A stretch of DNA of 64,000 nucleotides from Desulfosudaceae bacterium (GCA_963674745.2 CAXXDV010000003.1:2528001-2592000); one strand, 5' to 3'. Numbered from the stretch's first letter, positions 1 through 9,748 are shown. Numbers and translations are program-made. Notes: generated from the sequence alone by a model not told the origin.

Positions 1-1853
1 TCTTCGTTCTATGGGGTGCTGCTGAATTCATTGGATTTAAAGTAGTACTGGCCAACAGCCGGTTAAGGCATTTTTTTTATGTAATTACTATCTGCGCTCT
101 TTTAGCATCTTTCATCATTGGAAACTGGAGTGTACCTGAGCTGGGAATACTAAAAACAGCTGCCGTTGTACCCTTTTTCTCATTACTGGCAGCCGCACTA
201 TTTTTCCGTCGTAGACATTTTTTAAGATTTATCCTACTACTCTGTTGTTTTTCAGCTTTATGGGTACTCGCGGGAACGTTTGAAACAGCATATTCCAAAA
301 AATTATTTCTATCCAACGCACTCAATACAATCAAACAGCACCACAACATTAATGATGATTCCAGTTGGTCTCCTATCCTTTTGAAGTCTCTCTGGGGAAA
401 ATACTGCCATATATCAATCTTTCACTGGCGGGATGAGAGCAACCCTTATGCAATGGACACTATCAGGTGCTGTTATGACGGTTCACCCATGTGGGTGACA
501 TCTCTGGTTAAAGGCAACGATATCTTTGATTATGCGATCTTTGATGGCCTTAAGAAGAATGCTGATATCTGCATTATTGGATCAGGGGGGGGCAAGCAGA
601 TTGGCCACGCGATTGAGACAGAACCCCGAAGTATAGTGGCTGTAGATATTGTTCCGGAAATATTTAATGAATTAAAAGGCGAGTTGTCATGGGTAAATGG
701 CAGCATGTATAATCTGCCTGTTGTTGAAACAGTTTCAATGGATGGGGTCAGTTATATAGAAACGTGTAATAGAAAATTTGACTTAATTGCTCTTCCTGGG
801 ACTGAATCATTTTCAATGATTCTTAAATCTTTTTTTGAGTACGGCCAGAGGCTTCACACACTGGAATCATTCACACTGTTCAGCGACCACTTGAAGCCCG
901 GCGGAAAAATTGTCATTTTTAAGAACCTCGATATAGACAGGAATCTCTTTTATTCTTTTGCCAAAACCCTTAAGGCTGCGGGCCTCAATGTTTCAGGGTT
1001 CACAATTGAAGGGTTTCCCTTTGACCATCTTCTTTTATTCGGGTCAAAGGAGACACCGCCGCATATATACAGTGAAAAAACGCTTTCTGGTTTATGGCAA
1101 TTCAGGGGCAGCTTTGTAGACTTCCAGCGGGTCTCCGCCCCTGGTGTTGTGTTAACAGAAAACTCCCCATGGTCCCATGGCATTTTAGGAAATATCGCCC
1201 CTATAAAAACACTGAATACGCTCTTTCTTGTACTGATCTTTTTATTAATTGGCTCTGTTGCAGTCCTTGCATTTCTTCCCTTTACATTTGGTAACAGGGA
1301 GAGCAGTACTTCTGCTCGCAGTAAAACGCTATATGCCTTCGCGGGATGTTTCGTGGGGATAAATGCTATTTATCTGGAGAACGGCATTATCTTCTGGTTT
1401 ATCAGCAACCTTACTAACCCGCTTGCCGCTTTTTTTATAGGTTCTTCAGTTTTTCTCGTGCTGTGGGGCACCTCAAACCTGAAAGAAACGTCGTGGAAAT
1501 ATCTGACGGCCATCGCGATAGTTGGTGCTCTGGGACTACTATTCTCTCATCAGTGGAGCAATCATCTGGCATTTACCTGTATTTTGCTGATCGCGGCCGG
1601 AAGCGGGTTCTGCTTTTCCCATTTAACGCTTCGGTTTGAAACACAACTGTTGAACCTGTTTATCTTTGACGCCCTGGGTTCGTTTATCGGGGGAGTACTC
1701 GGTATCGGTATACCGTTTTTTTATGGATTCAACTACTACTTTACCCTTCTCCCCCTGCTGGCCCTGGCAACACTGGCAACCGCCCTCTGGGCCGGGGCTG
1801 CCGCAAAACAGCTACCCGATATTACGCATCCAGAATCGTATTCCATCAATTAA
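1..1853 (+). CDS. Spermidine-synthase-like SAM-dependent methyltransferase fused to membrane segments (5' truncated by window edge)
   Basis: The frame of ORF 381..1853 is open back to position 3 (FVLWGAAEFIGF...). It has a SAM motif (ICIIGSGGGK, VAVDIVPE, MDGVSYI, FDLIALPGTE, DHLKPGG) flanked by hydrophobic helices on both sides. Confidence 0.7.
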   Translation, partial: FVLWGAAEFIGFKVVLANSRLRHFFYVITICALLASFIIGNWSVPELGILKTAAVVPFFSLLAAALFFRRRHFLRFILLLCCFSALWVLAGTFETAYSKKLFLSNALNTIKQHHNINDDSSWSPILLKSLWGKYCHISIFHWRDESNPYAMDTIRCCYDGSPMWVTSLVKGNDIFDYAIFDGLKKNADICIIGSGGGKQIGHAIETEPRSIVAVDIVPEIFNELKGELSWVNGSMYNLPVVETVSMDGVSYIETCNRKFDLIALPGTESFSMILKSFFEYGQRLHTLESFTLFSDHLKPGGKIVIFKNLDIDRNLFYSFAKTLKAAGLNVSGFTIEGFPFDHLLLFGSKETPPHIYSEKTLSGLWQFRGSFVDFQRVSAPGVVLTENSPWSHGILGNIAPIKTLNTLFLVLIFLLIGSVAVLAFLPFTFGNRESSTSARSKTLYAFAGCFVGINAIYLENGIIFWFISNLTNPLAAFFIGSSVFLVLWGTSNLKETSWKYLTAIAIVGALGLLFSHQWSNHLAFTCILLIAAGSGFCFSHLTLRFETQLLNLFIFDALGSFIGGVLGIGIPFFYGFNYYFTLLPLLALATLATALWAGAAAKQLPDITHPESYSIN

Positions 1854-2002
1854 TGTATTTTTTTATAACTGACAGGCTTTTGTGAACTCCTTTTCCGGGC
1901 GTGTTCATCATGATGACATACTGGAACGAGTCGCCGTCACTGTTTTCGTCAATGGGTATTTTCTATCCCAAAGCGGCTGCGGCCGTGGTTTTCTCGGCCG
2001 GC

Positions 2003-2312
2003 GGCGTGGTGGCGGTCCAGACCTTCGGGTAAAATGTAGCGGAGTCCTTCAGATCCTTTCCCGCACTTGATGCGGGCGTTACTACAGCAACAAGAGCTGG
2101 GGACAACGGAAAAAGGCGAACCAGGATGAAGACATCGCCCATATTATCGATACCGGCCTGTCGAACAAGGCCTTCAGAAAATCCTGGGCGCGGCTGATAC
2201 AAAAGGTTTATATATTGTCCGGGAACTGACGTATCAGCCGGTGCCTGATCAGGTATCGGCTGATGACGGGTTCTTTTCTCAGGTTCCCGATTATGGCTAC
2301 TGGGCTGAATAA
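2003..2312 (+). pseudogene. IS91/ISCR-family (HUH Y2) transposase remnant with large internal deletions
   Basis: Three peptide blocks: GVVAVQTFG* (2003-2032), RYYSNKSWGQRKK...RKSWARLIQKVY (2077-2211) and terminal DDGFFSQVPDYGYWAE* (stop 2310-2312). The first two resemble conserved IS91-type transposase motifs. Confidence 0.7.
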
Positions 2313-2543
2313 TCCCAAAATCCTCCAGCCGGGTGACCACAGCAGAGCGGACTCAAAAATCCCGTTTTTTTCTTTATTTTTCACTGCCCTGATATTTTTT
2401 TTGTTTTTTTTATCTCTTTGATAATGTTCTGTCGAACCCCGCCTGAAGGCTTCGTCAACATGTGGTGACCTCACAAACATTGACACACAAGACCGATCTT
2501 GCTATAGATAATGGCCATAAAAGCAAGTTCTTATCCCTATCCC
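2260..2543 (+). mobile_element. IS91-family right end (oriIS side), copy 1
   Basis: Follows the transposase remnant and ends in AAAAGCAAGTTCTTATCCC (2519-2537), which resembles oriIS termini. A diverged inverted copy lies at 7223-7503. Confidence 0.6.
2480..2512 (+). promoter_or_regulatory. Outward-facing sigma70-like promoter inside the IS91 end
   Basis: TTGACA-17bp-TATAGA(TAAT) with a TG extension. It is conserved in the inverted copy as TTGACG-17bp-TATACA(TAAT) at 7284-7252. Confidence 0.5.
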
Positions 2544-2654
2544 TTCTACGAATCCTTTCAGAATAAGGAAGATCTGCTGGTGGCCGTTTACCGGAAGTTG
2601 ATCCAGGACATCGAGGCGGATGCCATGGACATCCTTAACTTTTCAAAACGTTAG
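2544..2654 (+). pseudogene. TetR-family regulator fragment truncated at the IS91 end
   Basis: FYESFQNKEDLLVAVYRKLIQDIEAD resembles the end of a TetR HTH. It has no start codon and begins exactly where the IS-end homology stops. Confidence 0.55.
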
Positions 2655-2814
2655 CCTGGTCCGACCCTGAAAGGCACCTGAAAGGAGCCAGGCGTCCCTC
2701 AGTGAGCTATACTATTAGGCAGAAATTCCGTATTTGGTAACCGGGTCTTCCTTAATTGGCAACCTTTTGGGTGACAAAAACTGTAACATCTTGAAAATTA
2801 AAGATAAAATATTT

Positions 2815-2830
2815 TGGCATGGTTAGTGCA
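2815..2830 (+). promoter_or_regulatory. sigma54 (-24/-12) promoter of hydrolase module 1
   Basis: TGGCAT-GGTTA-GTGCA matches TGGCAC-N5-TTGCW. An equivalent site lies upstream of the paralog at 21464. Confidence 0.65.
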
Positions 2831-2929
2831 CTGTTATTATAAATGTTTTGACGATGTTTATGCTTATAAAATGGAAAACCGTTATTTTAAATGGTTCAAA
2901 ATGCCGGCCTAACAGGAATGGGAGGAAAC

Positions 2930-4018
2930 ATGAGAACGGGTAATCTGGTTATGAAAACGCTGGTCGCTATGTTACTTGCAATGGCAGTCTCAGGAATGTT
3001 CGTAACGACGGCCCCCGCCAAGATAGCGGGATACGATGTCCTCTTTCTTCACGGATTCGTCCCGGAAGATCTGATAACCAACCCCAGTGATCAAGAAATC
3101 TACGCCAGGCGGACACATTCGTCCTACTTTCGTGACCGGTCTGAAGGCTTTTTAAACTGGTCCAGCGCCGAACGCGTGGAAGGCAAAATTTCCCAGCAAC
3201 TGTTTGAACAGGCCAAGGTCTATTCCGCCCAGGGGATCGGCGTAGAGGGGTGCGTTCTGGTGACGGTCAGCACCGGTGACCAGGTTGCCCGGCATTTCAT
3301 AGAAAACCAGGCAACGTGGCTGGAAAACGCAGGGTACCAACCGCTGAACATTATCGCGACGCTCGATTTTGTCGGTGCCGGCGGCGGTACGGATATGGCG
3401 GATCTTGCCGTTGGGGCGGCTTTTCTGCCGGCGGCAACGAAAACAATTGTCGCCCTGGCATTTGGTCTGAGCCAGGATTTAGACAACTATAACAACCTCG
3501 GTGTGATTAACGATCTTACCTATAACGGCGCCAGGAGTCTTTCAATGCAGCCCAATGACGTCCCCCGCCTTCGTTTTTCAGCAGGCGGCAACGAAGGCAT
3601 TGATACGCTCAACCCGATGAGCCAGTTGATCCGGGGCGAAGACGATACCTTAATTCCGGCTTCATCAACCTGCGGTGCATCATCTCCGGCAGGCATTGAA
3701 AGCTGCTCAGCCTATGTTAATTATGAAGGCAAACAGGGGCGTTATAACGGCCCGGACGGTCTGCTCCATAATCACTTTCCGGTCCTGATGGCCAATGGCT
3801 ATAGCCATTACACCCTTGCCGATGATGCGAATAAGGGCAAGGCGACGTATGTGTATAACAATTTTAATGCCGGCCTGAATGTTGATTTTGATACCTATAC
3901 CAAAACCGTGACCCGGAGATGGTGGCAGTTCTGGATAGAAACCGGCACCTGGCAGTATGTAACGGATTCCGACACGAAATCCGTTGTGCGGCTGGTTTAT
4001 GAAACGCTTAATGAATAA
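2930..4018 (+). CDS. Secreted alpha/beta-hydrolase (lipase/esterase-like), copy 1
   Basis: GGAGG RBS before ATG 2930; signal peptide; oxyanion motif LFLHGF; nucleophile elbow TVSTG; GAGGGT; candidate catalytic Asp (EDDTLIP) and His (YSHYT). Confidence 0.7.
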   Translation: MRTGNLVMKTLVAMLLAMAVSGMFVTTAPAKIAGYDVLFLHGFVPEDLITNPSDQEIYARRTHSSYFRDRSEGFLNWSSAERVEGKISQQLFEQAKVYSAQGIGVEGCVLVTVSTGDQVARHFIENQATWLENAGYQPLNIIATLDFVGAGGGTDMADLAVGAAFLPAATKTIVALAFGLSQDLDNYNNLGVINDLTYNGARSLSMQPNDVPRLRFSAGGNEGIDTLNPMSQLIRGEDDTLIPASSTCGASSPAGIESCSAYVNYEGKQGRYNGPDGLLHNHFPVLMANGYSHYTLADDANKGKATYVYNNFNAGLNVDFDTYTKTVTRRWWQFWIETGTWQYVTDSDTKSVVRLVYETLNE

Positions 4019-4049
4019 GCAATAACACATGAAAAGATGACCCTTTTAT

Positions 4050-4086
4050 GCTGCCCTGCAACGCCTGTTGCAGGGCAGCTTTTTTT
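4050..4086 (+). terminator. Intrinsic terminator between hydrolase 1 and its partner
   Basis: 13-bp stem GCTGCCCTGCAAC/GTTGCAGGGCAGC followed by T7. Confidence 0.85.
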
Positions 4087-4257
4087 CAGGTACGTTGAAT
4101 ACCGGACCAGACAGTCTGAATGTACCGTTGGGGCAGTCTGACTTACAGGATGATGCAAAGACCGAACCCGAATATTTCACGAGTCGATTTGGCCTTGTCG
4201 AAAATTTTCATGAAATATCCGGGCTAATCCGGAGGAGATTTAAGGAAAGGATCAAGT

Positions 4258-5382
4258 ATGCCCCCCCGAAAGTTTGTACTCTATGCCCTGCCTGCGCTTG
4301 CCCTGCTTGTCGTTGTCGTGAGCCTCCTGATGAGGTCCCCCCAGCCAGAAGTCCGGATCAATGAAACCGCCAGCCCGGCGAAGGACGCGGCTGAACCGTC
4401 AAAAATCATTACCCGACAGGGAACCCCGGTCGCTAAAGCGGTTCCCGAGCCGGAGAAGGATGAAATTGAGATACCCGAAGGCATGCGATACCAGATGGCG
4501 GATATCGCGGAGGCATACAGAAAAAACATGCAATATCCAAAATATTCCAAACCGCTTAACGAAAATGACTGGAACCTGCTCAACCCGCGGGCATTCATCC
4601 CCAGAGAAACCCCTCTTAAAAACGGTATGTCAGCCTCAATGGTTCTTGACCGTTATATTGTCAACCGTGGCGCTGACCTGCCCGTCAAAGTCATTATCCG
4701 CGGTGGCCAGGAAGACGGTAACTTTGCTGTCGGGGTTGACCTTTCCCTGTCTGATAAGGGGGAAACACGGCCGCTGATCAGCCTGACCGAATCTGACGGG
4801 GATGAAAACACCAGCATTTACACCGGGACCATCCCCGCAGGCATGCTCAAAGAAGCCGGTCCGGGCGAAGTGGCCCTAATCGCCGGGATATCCTTTGCAA
4901 ACGGCGATCAGGCCAGCACTTCCGCCGCTGTAAAGGTATATGAGAACACGGCCACTCTGACGCGCCTGGGCGAACCCTATGTTGACGGGGCGGACCTGGT
5001 CATACCGGCCTACCTGGACGTCGAAAAACCGGGGAGATACCGTTTCCGGGCCAATCTGTTTGACGAATCCGGCGGTCAGCCGATCAGCCACCTGAATTCG
5101 GTGTTCACCCTGACCCGGGAAGACAATGAAGGCCTGGTCCGGGTTCATGCCGCCACCCTGAGGGCCAAGGGCAGTCCCGGCCCCTACCTGTTAAAAGACA
5201 TCAATATCACCATGCCTCCCCCAGGCCCCGGGGATACGACAGGGTATGCGTCCTCGACAGCGGAATCGTTCATCATCCGGGGCTGTGACCTGGACCGTTA
5301 CAGCGACGAACCCTATGAAAATCCGCAAAACAACCAGCGGCTTGAGTTCCTGCAGAAGATGGCGGCAGGAGGTAATTCATAA
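4258..5382 (+). CDS. Membrane-anchored periplasmic/extracellular partner protein of unknown function, copy 1
   Basis: N-terminal hydrophobic anchor, then a Pro/Ala/Glu-rich linker and a beta-rich body. Clear paralog of 22913..24046. Confidence 0.75.
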   Translation: MPPRKFVLYALPALALLVVVVSLLMRSPQPEVRINETASPAKDAAEPSKIITRQGTPVAKAVPEPEKDEIEIPEGMRYQMADIAEAYRKNMQYPKYSKPLNENDWNLLNPRAFIPRETPLKNGMSASMVLDRYIVNRGADLPVKVIIRGGQEDGNFAVGVDLSLSDKGETRPLISLTESDGDENTSIYTGTIPAGMLKEAGPGEVALIAGISFANGDQASTSAAVKVYENTATLTRLGEPYVDGADLVIPAYLDVEKPGRYRFRANLFDESGGQPISHLNSVFTLTREDNEGLVRVHAATLRAKGSPGPYLLKDINITMPPPGPGDTTGYASSTAESFIIRGCDLDRYSDEPYENPQNNQRLEFLQKMAAGGNS

Positions 5383-5536
5383 ACAGGTCTGTGAAACCTT
5401 GCGGTCTGAACCCGGGTCGGTTCTGAGCTTTTCCTTTGTCTGGCTCACATCTTAAAGCTATGTTTTTACGCCCAAAAGGCCCTTTTAAGCCTGTTTTCCC
5501 CATGTTCTTTGGCAAAATAAGGCTTAAGAGGAAGGC

Positions 5537-6796
5537 CTATTGCTCAATAGAATAGGGGTTTAGAAACTGCCGTCTCCAAAGAAGATTCTTGTCCACTTCA
5601 TTCAACCTGGCTTCTTCACAGACGGCTTCCCAATGCTGTTCGATAGCGGCAGTCAGGCTACCGAATGTTTCGCGGGCTTCTTCCTCAGAAAGAAGGAAGT
5701 TGTGCGCGGCCTCAAGGCACGTTTTGAGTCGGCTCAGATTGTTGTCGCCGGAAATGAGCATAGCCTGTGAAGCCTCATTGCCTGTGCGGCCTTGCGGGCA
5801 AATATCATAAGCAGGCGTCAGGGTCAGTGCGTTGCCGTCCCAAAACGCCGCGTGGTTTCGCGCATGGTCGTCGGTATTGCCGCACAGAATATTAAAGACG
5901 AGCCGGGAGAACAGCTCTTTTAAGGTATGCTTCGGGTCGGTAAAACGGTGGCGGATAATTTCGGATAACGTTTCATAGCTGGCGTACCGCGCCCTCATGT
6001 CATCTAAGCCAAGCAGCGTCAGAGCGGAGACCATGGCCTTTCGTGCCCACTGGTCACCTTTTGGCACACGGTCAAAGCGTTCGATCAAGAGAACGTCTTT
6101 GTTTGCCGCTTTGGCAAGCTTTACCGGCGCGGCATTCAGCCCGGCCAATTGGGCCAACCGCATGGCGATGAATTCAGCTTTAACGACGCTGTACAGATCG
6201 GTGCTGGATGAAAATTTGGCTACGTACTTTTTGCCCTGGTCTTGAATTAAGGCTTTAGGACGAGCGCCGCCGATAGAGCTGCCATGGAACAACGCCTGAT
6301 CCAACTCCGGTGTGAGAGGCATGCCTTTTTCGACCCGTTCCGCGGATTCCATTAATTCTTCCAGGCTGACGATATTAGCGGTACGCGGCACGTACGCTAT
6401 AGGGGAGCGCTGAAAATCAAGCGCACCGATCCGGTCCGAGCCAGACTCCAGCAGGTAGGTCAGTTCATCCAGTTCTGCTGTATCTGTTCCCGCACCCTTA
6501 AGCCCCAACGTTTTGTTGATAATCACACGCCGTCCCCACGCGTCGGGCGCGGCATCCCTGATACAGCCGGGCATGGTCAAGTCATCGATCAAGGGCAACA
6601 GCCCGGCCTTTAGCGGCAATTCGGGTTCGTAAATCGCAATCGCCGGTTTGCTGTCACCGATACGATCCAGGTAGCTTTTACCATAGTTGAACAGGATTTT
6701 ACCGTTATCCGCTTCAAGCCGTCCGGCCACGACAGGCTCGGTTTCGTCCGGCAGCCATATCCAGACAAAGGCTTCTTTCTCCGTATTAGAAGTCAT
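5537..6796 (-). CDS. hipA: HipA-family kinase toxin
   Basis: HipA N-terminal region (DAAPDAWGRR), SSIGGARPKA, GNTDDHARNH, LTPAYDI. Confidence 0.92.
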   Translation of the reverse strand: MTSNTEKEAFVWIWLPDETEPVVAGRLEADNGKILFNYGKSYLDRIGDSKPAIAIYEPELPLKAGLLPLIDDLTMPGCIRDAAPDAWGRRVIINKTLGLKGAGTDTAELDELTYLLESGSDRIGALDFQRSPIAYVPRTANIVSLEELMESAERVEKGMPLTPELDQALFHGSSIGGARPKALIQDQGKKYVAKFSSSTDLYSVVKAEFIAMRLAQLAGLNAAPVKLAKAANKDVLLIERFDRVPKGDQWARKAMVSALTLLGLDDMRARYASYETLSEIIRHRFTDPKHTLKELFSRLVFNILCGNTDDHARNHAAFWDGNALTLTPAYDICPQGRTGNEASQAMLISGDNNLSRLKTCLEAAHNFLLSEEEARETFGSLTAAIEQHWEAVCEEARLNEVDKNLLWRRQFLNPYSIEQ

Positions 6797-7124
6797 CGCG
6801 CATCACTTTGGATTTCTTGCGAACGGATTTTGGCAGGAGCACCAGCTTTTCCCTGGTTTGACGTAAGTATTGCGTCAGTCTGTTTTCGTCTGCATCAAAC
6901 AGCTTGACGCCAACAATGGTTGCCACTTCGAACACGGCTCCGATTTCGCATTTGAGGTTGCCTTTTTCGATGCGTTGCAGCAGCCCTCTGGAAATACCAG
7001 CGCGATCGGCTAATTCCTGAGCGGTGAGCTTGCGCTCGTTACGGGCTTCTCGGATCAACGCGCCGATCAAAGCAGCCGCATCGCGGCTATAGCGTGAGTA
7101 GGTGCGTGTGATGGACTTTGGCAT
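6786..7124 (-). CDS. hipB: XRE-family HTH antitoxin (HipB-like)
   Basis: IREARNERKLTAQELADRAGISRGLLQRIEKG; overlaps the hipA start by 11 bp. Confidence 0.85.
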   Translation of the reverse strand: MPKSITRTYSRYSRDAAALIGALIREARNERKLTAQELADRAGISRGLLQRIEKGNLKCEIGAVFEVATIVGVKLFDADENRLTQYLRQTREKLVLLPKSVRKKSKVMRDDF

Positions 7125-7142
7125 CGCCTCTCCATTGATTCA

Positions 7143-7213
7143 CATATAGACCATAAAACAACTTAATGATCTTTATATGAACCAAAGATAGGGGGCGCTT
7201 ATCAGTTTGTCAA
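7143..7213 (-). promoter_or_regulatory. hipBA promoter and putative operator
   Basis: TTGACA(7213-7208)-17bp-TATCTT(7190-7185). An imperfect inverted repeat CATATAGACCAT...ATGATCTTTATATG (7143-7179) lies between the promoter and the RBS. Confidence 0.6.
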
Positions 7214-7222
7214 GAGAAAAAA

Positions 7223-7503
7223 GATAAAGATAAGAACTTGCTTTTATGGTCATTATGTATAGCAAGGACGGCCTTGTGCGTCAATATTTTTTAGGGCACC
7301 ACATGTTGATGGGCCTTTCAGGCGGGATTCGACAGAACATTATCAAAGCGATCACAAGACCCAAAAAAATGTCATGGAAGTGAAAAACAAGGAAAAGCGA
7401 GGGATTTTCAAGACAGCTCTACTGTGTCAGGCGGCCGAAAATATTGGGATTATTCCGCCCAGTAACCATAGTTGGGAACCTGCGACCAAAATCCGTCATC
7501 AGG
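7223..7503 (-). mobile_element. IS91-family right end, copy 2 (inverted relative to copy 1)
   Basis: The reverse complement aligns with 2260-2543. It encodes the same transposase C-terminus PDDGFWSQVPNYGYWAE* (7503-7450) and the same AAAAGCAAGTTCTTATC terminus. Confidence 0.65.
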
Positions 7504-7653
7504 CGCTTTTCACTTTTTCTGTTTTTTATCTCTTTGATAATGTTCTGCCATATCTCTACCAGGCATCACTTGCCTGCCGCGAATTTCGCAGTCGCAGCCA
7601 TATACCATGAAAAAACGTCTTAACATGACTGATTTTCATGGTATAAACAGCGT

Positions 7654-8556
7654 ATGCTGCCTCGAAAATCCTTACATGATAACCTGAAAAAAGCACTGGC
7701 CCGGTTTCTCATCCTGGGCAGCGCTTCAGGAAATCTCTTACGTCAGACCTCGGAAAGCCTTGCCGGAAGAATGGAGAGAGTCACCATGAGCGGCTTTTCG
7801 CTGGCGGAAATCAGCGAACAAAAAGAGGAACGATTGTGGCTGCGGGGTGGGTTCCCGCTTTCTTATCTGGCCCGGGATGATGCCGACAGCCTGGCTTGGC
7901 GTAAAAATTTTATTCAAACCCTGCTGGAGCGGGATTTTCCGCAATGGGGGGTGCGTGTACCGGCTACGACCCTGCTGCGGTTCTGGTTGATGACAGCACA
8001 TTATCATGGTCAGGTGTGGAAAGCGACCGAACCGGCCCGGGCGCTTGGTGTCAGCGAATCAAGCGTTCGCCGTTACCTGGACATCCTGACCGATGCCCTC
8101 ATGATCCGTCAGTTGCAGCCATATTACGCCAATTTAAGAAAGCGACAGGTCAAGTCCCCCAAAATTTATATCCGGGACAGCGGACTTTTGCATCAATTGC
8201 TCGGTATTGATTCCATGAAGGCCGTGCTCACTCATCCGAAAATTGGTGCATCCTGGGAAGGATTTGTTATTGAACAGATACTGCAATCCGAACCCCATGA
8301 CGAAGCCTTTTTCTGGGCTACCCACCAGGGCGCTGAAATTGACCTGGTCTTACGACGTGGGGGTGACCTTTATGGAATTGAATGCAACCGAACGGATACG
8401 CCCCGAATGACGCCGTCCATAAGGAATGCCATTGCGGACCTGGGATTGAAACATGTACTTATTCTCTACCCGGGAGTGCAGCGGTTTCCGTTATCCGACC
8501 AGGTAGAGGCGGTTCCGGTTCATGACCTCGCCAAAGACAGGCCACTGTTCGTTTAG
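7654..8556 (+). pseudogene. AAA+ ATPase / DUF4143 protein with an in-frame deletion of the Walker A/B region
   Basis: MLPRKSLHDNLKKALA joins directly to RFLILGSAS...SESLAGR, with no GPRQxGKT and no DE motif. The C-terminal DUF4143 part (VKSPKIYIRDSG, EIDLV) is present. Confidence 0.75.
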
Positions 8557-8639
8557 CATCATATGTATATAAGACCGGGCACAGCAAATACACACGATCA
8601 TCATTGCAATAGCCTGCTTAACGGATCTTTTTCTTATGG

Positions 8640-9695
8640 TTACAAAAGAGACAAATAATTCTGACGGTACTCACCGGGGGTAAAACCCGTCCATTTTTTA
8701 AAGGCCCGGTTAAAAGCGCTTTGCTCGGAGTAGCCGAGCAGGAAGGTGATATCGACGATAGGTATCTGGGATTGTTCAAGCAGTTGTATGGCGTGCTCTC
8801 TTTTTATCTTATCCAGTATGTCCTTATACTTTACCCCTTCTTTGCTTAGCTTGATCTGCAGGTTTCTTTTACTCATGGCCAGCTGACTGGAAATGGTTTC
8901 GATATCCGTCTTTCCGGAAAGTAAATTGTCAATTATCGCGGCTTCAACCTGTTCGGAAAACAGGTTTTCATGAAATATCTGTTTTTGAAGTTTCTCGGCA
9001 TGGGCCTTAAGTGTATCCAGGATTCCAGCGTTGGCAACCAGCACCGGCAGCGCCACGTATTTTCTATTAAAAGTCATCTTGTTTTCCTGCTGGTTAAACA
9101 GGACAGGACTTTTAAAAATACGATCATGCTCTTTTGTGCTTGCCGGTTGCGGATGAATAAACTGAACGCTGTCAAGCCTGATATGTTTACCGGTCAGACG
9201 GGTTAACAGATTATCATAATAAGCAAAATGGCCTTCGATAAAATGTCGGAGTTCATTCATATCTGTAAGTTCATATTGCAATTCAAGACAGATGGATGCG
9301 GTGCTGCCTTCCTCTGTAAAAACAGGTACGCAGACATCATGTATCAGGGGATAATACTTGCAGAAATTTGTTAATGCTTCACCCAGGGTGGGTGAGTTAA
9401 AGGTGATCACATGCATGGCATCCATAAAGAAATCAAATGCTTCACCCAGGTGCAGCCCGATATCGGGGTCATGAATGAGTTTCAGAACGGCTCTTGCCAG
9501 GTCATGCCCCTGCTCGGCGGGTAACCGCCCATTAGGGGCCTTGAGTAAATTTGAATCAAAACCCACTGTTTTTAAAAACCATTCGGGATCAATACCAAAT
9601 CGATCCCCCTCTTTGACAAGCATATTAATGAAGTCGACCGAAAAACTGGGATTTTTTATGATTTTGGCCTGGCGTCTGGTCAGCTCATTCGTCAT
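8640..9695 (-). CDS. AraC-family transcriptional regulator (long N-terminal ligand domain, OruR/ArgR type)
   Basis: C-terminal LAMSKRNLQIKL...ITFLLGYSEQSAFNRAFKKWTGFTPGEYR; N-terminal DPDIGLHLG and SPTLGEAL. Confidence 0.92.
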   Translation of the reverse strand: MTNELTRRQAKIIKNPSFSVDFINMLVKEGDRFGIDPEWFLKTVGFDSNLLKAPNGRLPAEQGHDLARAVLKLIHDPDIGLHLGEAFDFFMDAMHVITFNSPTLGEALTNFCKYYPLIHDVCVPVFTEEGSTASICLELQYELTDMNELRHFIEGHFAYYDNLLTRLTGKHIRLDSVQFIHPQPASTKEHDRIFKSPVLFNQQENKMTFNRKYVALPVLVANAGILDTLKAHAEKLQKQIFHENLFSEQVEAAIIDNLLSGKTDIETISSQLAMSKRNLQIKLSKEGVKYKDILDKIKREHAIQLLEQSQIPIVDITFLLGYSEQSAFNRAFKKWTGFTPGEYRQNYLSLL

Positions 9696-9748
9696 ATTCG
9701 GTCTCTATTTTATGGTGTGTTGATCGGCTTTCATAAGATACTCTAATG

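Noticed and set aside
1963..2486. Minus-strand ORFs 1963..2340 and 2208..2486 (and plus-strand 7374..7610) as genes
   Set aside because: They are antisense readings of the IS91 remnants; their mutual similarity comes from the repeat.
7331..7549. Independent MITE bounded by CAGAACATTATCAAAG inverted repeats
   Set aside because: The left repeat is internal to the longer IS91-end homology, so this is better explained as two adjacent IS fragments in opposite orientation.
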